Of a stretch of DNA of 64,000 bases, positions 8,905 through 16,130 are shown in pieces. The stretch lies in contig OY969696.1 of assembly GCA_963702005.1 (NCBI GenBank), positions 3,168,001-3,232,000 on the forward strand, given 5' to 3'. This DNA comes from Candidatus Aminicenantes bacterium. Its GTDB lineage: Bacteria > Acidobacteriota > Aminicenantia > Aminicenantales > JAFGBC01. Within the stretch, counting starts at the first letter, position 1; each line of letters opens with the position of its first letter. The translations under genes and the position numbers were made by a program. The notes under the pieces are model-generated. The model saw only the letters and a list, made by a program, of their open reading frames with translations. It was not told the origin of the DNA and searched no databases.

Positions 8905-11049
8905 ATGTTGTTGAGGATTGTTTTATCCTTATCTCCGCTGTTGCTGCTGGCGTTCCGTCCCTTGACCTCCCATATCTTCTTGGGCGATATCCGGCCTTGG
9001 CTTTTCCCTTTGGCCGTCGCGGGCGTCCTTTATCTCCAGGCCGTCCGGCTCTCGCGTCGCGCCGCGACATCCTCGATCCCGGCCCTCGGCAAAGCCCAAG
9101 CCGTCTGGCGCCGCTTCCTGGACGCGCCGCCCCAGAAAACGGCCTTTCGTCTCTTCCTGATCGCCCTCGCCGTTTATTCTCTTCTGCTGTCCGGCGCCGT
9201 GGCCCCGGTCCAGCCGTTCACCGGGGACGAGCCCCACTATCTTCTCATCGCTAAGAGTATGGCCCGCGACGGCGACCTTAATCTTTACCAGGACTATGAG
9301 GAAGAGGCTTACCGGGAGTTTTACCCCGGCCCGCTTGACTCGCACGCCTCCCCCGGGAAAAAAGGGCCCGATCATATTTATTCCAGGCATTTCCCCGGGA
9401 TCTCCTTGATCGTCGCGCCCTTTTACGCCCTGGGCAGGCTGACGGGAAATCCGCGCGCCCTCATCGCGATTGCGCGCTTCCCGATCGCGCTCCTGAGCGC
9501 CCTCCTGGCCGCACTGTTCTTCCTATTCGTTCTCGACCTCGTGCGGGACCGATCGATCGCGCTCCTCGGCTGGGGTCTGTTCGCCCTGACGACCCCCTTG
9601 ATATTCTATAGTCAGGTCATTTACTCCGAGGTTCCGGTGAGCCTGATCACGCTTTTTATCCTGCGCAAGGTCGTCCTGAACAAAGACCTATCCGCGCTCT
9701 CGCTCGGCTTGGCCGGCGCCGGGATCGGGCTTCTGCCTTGGTTCGGCATCAAATACCTCGTCCTGGCCGCCGTCGTTTTTCTCGCGGCCATCGCATCGAT
9801 CTGGACGTGTTCGTCAAGAAGGATGAAGGACGCCGTCATCTTCGCGGCGCCCGCCGCCGTCCTGATGCTGCTCCTGGCCGCCGGGCTCTGGTCGCTCTAC
9901 GGAAGCGTCTCCCCCGCCGCCGTCTATCATGGGAGTCTGGCGGGCCAGGGCGTCCTGAGAATCCGCCTTTTCAAGACTCAAGGGTTGGAGTTCTGGAACC
10001 ATCTTTTAGGCATTTTTATCGATCAGAGGATGGGAATTCTCATGTTCAACCCCGTCCTCCTCCTGTTCCTGCCGGGGATCGTCCTCGCGGCCAGGAAGCG
10101 GCGGGCCGAGACTCTCTTGCTCCTGACGCCGTTCTTCCTGTGGACGATCTTCGAGTCTGCCGTCCGCCCCTGGGGAGGCTATTGTCCGCCCGGCAGGCCG
10201 CTCCTTCCCGTCCAGGGAGTGATGGCGGGATTCGCGGCCGTAGCGCTCGCCCGCCGTGACGGAAAAACTCGCCGCATTCTGGGAGGCGCGCTGATCGCCG
10301 CCACGGTTCTGATCACGCTCGTTTGCTTGAGGAACCCGATGCTGATGTACCACGCCAACCTCTCGGAAGAGGGCGGACCGAGCGGGACTTACAGTCAGAT
10401 CCTCTCCTCGGCTAAAATCCTTTTCTTCGACGCGACGCCTTTCGTCCCCGCCCTCTCCAACCGGACGGGCCGGATCTGGCTTCCGGTCCCGTTCTGGCTC
10501 GTCGGCTTGGGGTTCGCGACCTGGCTCTGGCTGAGGCGGGGAAGACGTCCCGCCCGCGGCCCGCGGCCTCTTTTTGTCCACGCGGCCGGAGCCTTTCTCT
10601 TATCCCTGTTCGTCCTGGCCTTCTCGTTCTTCCGGGCCGGCCTCGACGCCGACCGCTCGTTCGAGATTCCGGGCGGTCGCGTCTTCTTTCAGGACGATAA
10701 TACGCAGGGGCCCGAGCTGGGCGGATTTTGGACCAAGGGACAAAGTCGGGCGGCCGTCATCGTCCGGACGCCAGCCCCTGCGACGGAGATCTCGGTCGAG
10801 GTCTCGAGCGCCGTCTCCGGGTCCGTCGAGGTGGAGGTCGGGCCGACCCGGAAAACGGTCCGGCTCGAGGAAGGAAAGCTCAAAGCGGCGCCGGAGTCGC
10901 AGCCGCCGGTCGGTTTTCCCTGGAGGGGCGGATATCTCTACAAAGTGCGCATCCTGGCCGGAAGGACATTCATCCCCCACGAGCTCAATCCGGCCAGCTC
11001 GGACGGCCGGACACTGGGCGTTTTTGTGCGGATCAGCGTCGTCCGCTAG
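8905..11049 (+). CDS. Polytopic membrane protein, probable GT-C fold glycosyltransferase
   Basis: GDEPHY acidic motif in the first extracytoplasmic loop, a YSEVP motif, many TM helices, and a C-terminal beta domain ending DGRTLGVFV. Confidence 0.65.
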   Translation: MLLRIVLSLSPLLLLAFRPLTSHIFLGDIRPWLFPLAVAGVLYLQAVRLSRRAATSSIPALGKAQAVWRRFLDAPPQKTAFRLFLIALAVYSLLLSGAVAPVQPFTGDEPHYLLIAKSMARDGDLNLYQDYEEEAYREFYPGPLDSHASPGKKGPDHIYSRHFPGISLIVAPFYALGRLTGNPRALIAIARFPIALLSALLAALFFLFVLDLVRDRSIALLGWGLFALTTPLIFYSQVIYSEVPVSLITLFILRKVVLNKDLSALSLGLAGAGIGLLPWFGIKYLVLAAVVFLAAIASIWTCSSRRMKDAVIFAAPAAVLMLLLAAGLWSLYGSVSPAAVYHGSLAGQGVLRIRLFKTQGLEFWNHLLGIFIDQRMGILMFNPVLLLFLPGIVLAARKRRAETLLLLTPFFLWTIFESAVRPWGGYCPPGRPLLPVQGVMAGFAAVALARRDGKTRRILGGALIAATVLITLVCLRNPMLMYHANLSEEGGPSGTYSQILSSAKILFFDATPFVPALSNRTGRIWLPVPFWLVGLGFATWLWLRRGRRPARGPRPLFVHAAGAFLLSLFVLAFSFFRAGLDADRSFEIPGGRVFFQDDNTQGPELGGFWTKGQSRAAVIVRTPAPATEISVEVSSAVSGSVEVEVGPTRKTVRLEEGKLKAAPESQPPVGFPWRGGYLYKVRILAGRTFIPHELNPASSDGRTLGVFVRISVVR

Positions 11050-11081
11050 AGAATCGCCCGCTGGCGGGTCGCCCGCGATTT

Positions 11082-11495
11082 TCAGACGATGAGAGTCCGC
11101 GTGATCTTGGCCACCAGGTTCGCGGTCGGGTCGGGGCAGCGAACGTACTCGGTCGTCACGCCGTCGGGATCGATAACCTTCTCATAGGGAGTCCCTTCGT
11201 ATTTCCAGGGAAGGATGACTCCGTATTCGAGAATCCGGACGAACTCGTTGAGGCTGGCTCTCAGCCAGGGACAGATCTTCCCCCAGTCTTCGGGATACTT
11301 GAAGGTGTCGCCCTTCTTGTGGCACCAAGTGTCGGGGCGAGCTTCGTAGATCTCGATATCGATCTTGTACTTTTTCCGCTTGGGCGGCGGAAGGGGCGGG
11401 GTTTTATCCGTTTGCTGGGGCCTGACCAAACCCGGCGCGGCGGCCAAGCCGGCGACGCCGCAGAACGCCCGCTTGAAGAATTCCTTACGTTTCAC
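11082..11495 (-). CDS. TIGR04076-family small Cys-containing protein with Tat-like leader
   Basis: C-H-KKGD, ICPW and VRCPDP motifs; GAGGAGGAG RBS before a GTG start. Confidence 0.7.
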   Translation of the reverse strand: MKRKEFFKRAFCGVAGLAAAPGLVRPQQTDKTPPLPPPKRKKYKIDIEIYEARPDTWCHKKGDTFKYPEDWGKICPWLRASLNEFVRILEYGVILPWKYEGTPYEKVIDPDGVTTEYVRCPDPTANLVAKITRTLIV

Positions 11496-11532
11496 GGCTC
11501 CTCCTCTGATGAAAACGCTACTGATTCAAGGA

Positions 11533-11728
11533 TCAAAATGAAATCTTCAGCGCGAAGGCGTATTCGCAGGGTTTCCGGACGGGGAGATCGATGCGGAGTC
11601 CGTCCTTGCCTCGGCTCCATTTGAGCTCATCCGACCGTCTTTTCATCAGTCGCGCCGGACCCGAAGCTCGGCATGAAGGCCAAAAGCGCGAGCGCCGGCC
11701 AGACCCGATTCGACTGCCATTTCGCCAT
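11533..11728 (-). pseudogene. Internally deleted relic of an exported gene, probably alpha-L-fucosidase (GH29)
   Basis: AGGAGGAGG RBS plus a signal-peptide ORF (11728-11627), joined out of frame to DELKWSRGKDGLRIDLPVRKPCEYAFALKISF* (11631-11533), which resembles GH29 C-termini. Confidence 0.6.
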
Positions 11729-11773
11729 AGAAACCTCCTCCTGACGATGCCGATCAGAAGGATTTTTCTTCGG

Positions 11774-12154
11774 CTATTTCTGTTGGGCGAGTTCCAGGGA
11801 TCCGGACTCGCCGCTGGGATCGCTCCAGGTGCCGACGAGCTTGCCCTCGGTCAAGGTCAGCTCGATCGAAATCTCGGAGCCGTCGTTGATGGCGAAATTG
11901 AAGGTCACTTTGTTGTCGTTGAAGGCGAAGCCGTAGATCTCGGCTTCGGTCACCAGACCCAGGCTGTCGGAGATCTTGCCCTTATAACCCGCCTCGGCCT
12001 TCTCCAAGGTCATGGTCACCTCGTCCGTCTCGCCGGACGGGACGACGGTCTTCCCGCTCCAGGTGCCGCTGAGATCGGCCGCCTGGGAGGCCGAAAAGAT
12101 GAGGGCGCACAGAAGCACTGCGACCGCCACAAACAGGAGAATGAACTTCTTCAT
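11774..12154 (-). CDS. Small secreted beta-rich hypothetical protein
   Basis: AAGGAG RBS; signal peptide MKKFILL...SQA; ADLSGTWSG start motif. Confidence 0.8.
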   Translation of the reverse strand: MKKFILLFVAVAVLLCALIFSASQAADLSGTWSGKTVVPSGETDEVTMTLEKAEAGYKGKISDSLGLVTEAEIYGFAFNDNKVTFNFAINDGSEISIELTLTEGKLVGTWSDPSGESGSLELAQQK

Positions 12155-12213
12155 CCAAAGGCTCCTTTCCAAGCTTCAATTAATATATAAGACGGATCTC
12201 CTTCCCAAAAAGT

Positions 12214-12229
12214 TGCGAGTTTCATGCCA
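12214..12229 (-). promoter_or_regulatory. Putative sigma54 (-24/-12) promoter
   Basis: Minus strand TGGCATGAAACTCGCA, GG-N10-GC spacing, about 60 nt upstream of start 12154. Confidence 0.45.
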
Positions 12230-12318
12230 AGCTCTGACTCCGTTGGGGGGATGCGGCGATAATAATCTTTACACTCCCCTATCTGATCCTTTACGCCTTT
12301 CCTGACGGGGTCCGCGCT

Positions 12319-12349
12319 AAAAAAGGGGACGGCCTCCTCGGCCGTCCTT
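12319..12349 (-). terminator. Rho-independent terminator
   Basis: Minus strand GGACGGCC-gagga-GGCCGTCC followed by CCTTTTTT, downstream of the beta-barrel gene. Confidence 0.75.
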
Positions 12350-12383
12350 CGTCGGTCAAGGCAAACAGAAAAGGTCGTCCTCG

Positions 12384-13397
12384 TTACAGGTCGAAATGGA
12401 AGCGGATGGTGAAAACGGCGCCGATCCGGTTCAGGTTGATCGAGGCTTTGCGAACGCTATTGACGCCCGAGCCCGAGGGCGCGTTTTCGCTAATACCCAG
12501 GGTCGCATAATCATGGTTGTAGTAGTTCGAATGCCATTTCCAGTAATAAAGATTGCCCTTTTCACTGTCCGAGCTGGTCGTCGTCTCGTCGTACCACCAG
12601 CCGAGGAGCTCGTGCCAATAGCGCGTGTGGGAGCTGCCCTGGTAGTTCATGTCGCCGTGAAAGCCGTTGAAATTGACCATCCGGCCGTAAACCTCGAAAC
12701 CGACCGAGATCATCGGGGTCAAGAGCATTTCGAGCCCGGCGCCGCCCTGAAATCCGATCTTGTTGCACTTGGCATCGTCGGTCGTGGTGGCGGTCGCGTC
12801 AATGGTTTCTTTTTGATTGTAGTAGTACCAGCTGTCGTAGCTGTAGGAGTAACTTAGCGTTTCATTGCCGCTGTGTTTGAGCTTGGCCATGTAATAGCCG
12901 AGCCCCGCGTACGCGACGAAATTGAACTTGGGCGAGAGCGGCGTCTGGAAATGAAAATTTAAGGTGATCGGGACGGCCGAACCCTTAAAATCGTGCTTGA
13001 TCGTGTACGTTTCTGTCTCGATGTCGGTACCCCACCAGTAACTTCCGCTGCTGCTATAATTGAGGGTGTAGTCGCCCTTCTTGTTGGCGATGACATAGCC
13101 GACGCCGAGCCCGACTCCCAGTTTGGGGGTGAGGTTGAGGATGACTTCCCCTCCGAACTCGGGGACCAGGGACAGCTTTTTCCAGTTGAAAGTCGAGGAG
13201 GAATAATCCTCTCCCGCCCAATCGTCGGCATAAGCCTTTTCGCCCAGCCGATACTTCTCGAGGTCTCCGGCTCCGTCGAGAAGCATGGCCGCTCCGCCGC
13301 TGAGCTTGAGGCTTAACTTAAGGGCCGCCGCGCTCGGGGACGCCAGGACCGCGACCAAGAAGGCCGCCAGACAAACACACCCTAATTTCTTTTTCAT
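12384..13397 (-). CDS. Outer-membrane beta-barrel protein
   Basis: GAGGAG RBS; signal peptide; alternating strands (GVGLGVGY, YAGLGYY, GFQGGAGLE); C-terminal FTIRFHF; long Tyr/Trp-rich loops. Confidence 0.8.
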   Translation of the reverse strand: MKKKLGCVCLAAFLVAVLASPSAAALKLSLKLSGGAAMLLDGAGDLEKYRLGEKAYADDWAGEDYSSSTFNWKKLSLVPEFGGEVILNLTPKLGVGLGVGYVIANKKGDYTLNYSSSGSYWWGTDIETETYTIKHDFKGSAVPITLNFHFQTPLSPKFNFVAYAGLGYYMAKLKHSGNETLSYSYSYDSWYYYNQKETIDATATTTDDAKCNKIGFQGGAGLEMLLTPMISVGFEVYGRMVNFNGFHGDMNYQGSSHTRYWHELLGWWYDETTTSSDSEKGNLYYWKWHSNYYNHDYATLGISENAPSGSGVNSVRKASINLNRIGAVFTIRFHFDL

Positions 13398-13471
13398 CCG
13401 CTCATTCTCCTCACAAAAAAAGGCGCCCAAACTATATAAAAAAACGGAAGAATTTGTCAATACAAACTCGT

Positions 13472-13500
13472 TTGACCGGCTGCCCGGTTTTGCATACGAT
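13472..13500 (+). promoter_or_regulatory. Putative sigma70 promoter, near-leaderless
   Basis: TTGACC-17-TACGAT ending 9 nt before ATG 13510. Confidence 0.5.
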
Positions 13501-13509
13501 GAATGCGTC

Positions 13510-15210
13510 ATGCCGATCGCACGTCCGGATTTCTACGACATCCAGGAGTCGCAACGGGCCAAGACGTTGGGCCTGTTCGCGGTCCTCCTCCTCTTCTATG
13601 TCTTTGCCATCGGCCTGAGCGCCCTGGCCCTTCTCTTGAGCTTCGGACTCCTCGTCACCGGCGCCGTGTCCCTGTCCGGACCGTTCCTGGTCAAGTTCGG
13701 CCTGGCCGTCCTGGCCTTCTCGTTCCTCATCGCCGTCCTTCATTTTCGGGACGCGCGGCGTTCCGGGGCGGCTTACATCCTCAAGCGTCTTCAAGCCGCT
13801 CCCCCCGAGACCGGCGACCGCTATCATGTCCGGTTCGCCGATACCGTGGACGAGATCAGGATCGCCGCGGGACTCGCCCGGGTCCGGCCCTACATCCTCC
13901 CCGCCTTCGCCGTAAACTCGCTGGCTCTCATCGAGGCCGACGGAACCCCGGCCGTCGTCGTGACCGAGGGACTCTTGGCCGATTTCGCGCGGGACGAGCT
14001 CCAAGCCGTCGTCGCCCACGAGCTGGCCCACATCGTCCGCGGGGACGCCTTCTATCTGACCTTGGTCTGTTCGCTGGCCAACCTGTTCGAGCGTTTCCGC
14101 GAGTCCCTCGAGCCGGACCTCGACGAGCCCCAAGACGGCCGCGACGGCTCGGGGCGGGGCGCCGGACCCCCCATCCTCATCTATGTCGTCGTCGTCATCT
14201 CTTCGATCATCATGAAGCTGCTCAGCACCCTCATCAGCCGGGAACGCGAGATCCTGGCCGACGCGGCGGCCGTCGAATTGGGGCGCGATCCCGCCTCCCT
14301 GGCGCGCGCCATTTATAAGGCCCATCTCAAGAATTCCTTCGTGGGCGATTTCTCGGCGAGCTACGGCCCCCTCTTCATCGTCCCCCCCGCGCCCGAGCCG
14401 GAGTCCGAGGGCTTCTGGAGCCGGCTCTTCTCGACCCACCCTCCGGTCATGAAGCGCGTCAGGCTGCTGGCGGCCATGGCCCACAAGAGCGGCGCGGACA
14501 TCATCCATCAGGTCACGGAGGAAGCCGGGGAAATGGCGAAAGCCAGGACCGAGCTCCATGCGAGCGGCGGCGGGACCCCGGAGAGAGGGCCGGATGACGC
14601 CGGGGACAAGGTCTGGCTTATCCGAACCCCGCGCGGCCTGTGGGAAGGCCCGTTCAGCCTCGAGGAGCTTTTATTTCAGCCCGGCTTCACTCCGCTGGTC
14701 AGGATCAAAGACGAAGCGGAGGGCATCGAGGCCCGCGCCCGGGAATTCCCGGCCGTCCGCGACGCCCTACGAAACCTGAACCGCCGCCGGCCGGTCCGGG
14801 AGGAGCGAGCCAACGCCTGTCCGCGCTGCCGCACCCCGCTCGGCGAAGTGTTCTACGAGGGCGTCGCCGTCAAAGCGTGCCCATCCTGCGGAGGGAAGCT
14901 TGTCGACTCAGGGGCGATGGACCGGATCCTGGCCAGGCGTGAGGTCGCGTTCGGAGCCGATCTTGTCTCCAAAGCCCGCGCCTTCCAGGAGCGTTTCATC
15001 GAAAATCCGACGGGGACCCGGAAGATCGGCGAGGCCCAAGCGCGGCCGGCGTTCGTCTGCCCGGGATGCGGGTACCGAATGGCGCCACGGCCCTACAACT
15101 ATCAGTACTTCGTCCCCGTCATTAAATGCCTCTCCTGCCGAAAAATCTGGTTCGACGCGGACGAGCTCGAGATCCTCCAGATCCTGGTTGAGCGAAAGGG
15201 CCGGCCTTAG
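13510..15210 (+). CDS. M48 (HtpX-like) membrane zinc metalloprotease with C-terminal GYF-like domain and two zinc ribbons
   Basis: HELAH, SREREILAD and STHP motifs; WEGPFSLEEL; CPRC..CPSC and CPGC..CLSC..WFDADEL. Confidence 0.88.
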   Translation: MPIARPDFYDIQESQRAKTLGLFAVLLLFYVFAIGLSALALLLSFGLLVTGAVSLSGPFLVKFGLAVLAFSFLIAVLHFRDARRSGAAYILKRLQAAPPETGDRYHVRFADTVDEIRIAAGLARVRPYILPAFAVNSLALIEADGTPAVVVTEGLLADFARDELQAVVAHELAHIVRGDAFYLTLVCSLANLFERFRESLEPDLDEPQDGRDGSGRGAGPPILIYVVVVISSIIMKLLSTLISREREILADAAAVELGRDPASLARAIYKAHLKNSFVGDFSASYGPLFIVPPAPEPESEGFWSRLFSTHPPVMKRVRLLAAMAHKSGADIIHQVTEEAGEMAKARTELHASGGGTPERGPDDAGDKVWLIRTPRGLWEGPFSLEELLFQPGFTPLVRIKDEAEGIEARAREFPAVRDALRNLNRRRPVREERANACPRCRTPLGEVFYEGVAVKACPSCGGKLVDSGAMDRILARREVAFGADLVSKARAFQERFIENPTGTRKIGEAQARPAFVCPGCGYRMAPRPYNYQYFVPVIKCLSCRKIWFDADELEILQILVERKGRP

Positions 15211-15944
15211 CGGCCCGATCCGTCGAAGATCAACTCCAGGGCTTGGTAGCGGGAGTGAACCAGCTCGACTCCTTTCTCGATGGCCGGTCCGGACCCGGCG
15301 GCGCAAGCTTCTTCGAGCTTTCGAGTCGCCTCCAGGAGCTTACCGGCGGCTTCCTTGTAGACGTCGGCTTTGGATTCCAAGCGCTTGGAGAGAGTCGCCT
15401 TGGTCACGGCTTCGGCTTTGAGCCTGAGGTCGGCGGCCACGGCCTTGATCTCGCCGTATTTTTTATCCGGCAGGTATTTATGGACGATGACGTAGAGGAC
15501 CTTGTGAAACTCGTCGACCTCCTTGAGGACGGGACGGATGTCCCGGACGAGCATCTCGTACCTGGCGTGAAGAGTTTCGGCCGCGTCGAGAAGGGCCTGA
15601 TCGTCGGTCCCGGCGGCCGCCGTTTTATAGGCCTCGACCGATTTCTTGAACTCGGCGACGCCGGACGTCCACTTGGACTCTTTATCCCTCAAGATGCCGG
15701 GGAGTTTGGCGGTATAAATTTTTCCGGCCAGTGTCTCGATCTCTCCGACGAAACCGCGTAGGGCCGCGACGTCCTTGCGGGGATAGGCCTCGTGCCAGAT
15801 CGGATAGATGATCTCATGAAATGAGTCGAGCTCGGGGACGATGCTCTCCGTTTCCGAGGATTCCTGCCCCCGTGCGAATCCGGGCGCGTAGACGGCGAGG
15901 ATTAAGAGGGCGGCGGTCGCTGCGATGACGGCTTTTTTTACCAC
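15207..15944 (-). CDS. Secreted all-helical hypothetical protein with internal duplication
   Basis: AAAGGAG RBS before GTG 15944; signal peptide; two homologous halves, each with FH-x7-H and a later H-x2-Y. Confidence 0.8.
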   Translation of the reverse strand: MVKKAVIAATAALLILAVYAPGFARGQESSETESIVPELDSFHEIIYPIWHEAYPRKDVAALRGFVGEIETLAGKIYTAKLPGILRDKESKWTSGVAEFKKSVEAYKTAAAGTDDQALLDAAETLHARYEMLVRDIRPVLKEVDEFHKVLYVIVHKYLPDKKYGEIKAVAADLRLKAEAVTKATLSKRLESKADVYKEAAGKLLEATRKLEEACAAGSGPAIEKGVELVHSRYQALELIFDGSGR

Positions 15945-16130
15945 AGGCTGACTCCTTTCAGCAATTCCCGAAAAAGGGAATACTTTATACACTATTCCTT
16001 TTCTAAAAATCAAACGATGGTGCCGGCGGCAGGGCCGTCGCCGCCAAGGCAACCCCAAACGTAATCGCCGCTCAAATTCTTGCGCTCCGTATGGCCTGAC
16101 CGGGAGACCGGAGAATCCCGTTCCCCGCCG

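Noticed and set aside
11627-11629. TGA as selenocysteine or read-through in the short ORF
   Set aside because: The read-through frame gives no recognisable protein, whereas a different frame gives the fucosidase-like tail; a deletion explains it better.
13285-13511. Overlapping N-terminal extensions of the beta-barrel and M48 ORFs
   Set aside because: The region is a divergent promoter; RBS and promoter positions support starts at 13397 and 13510.
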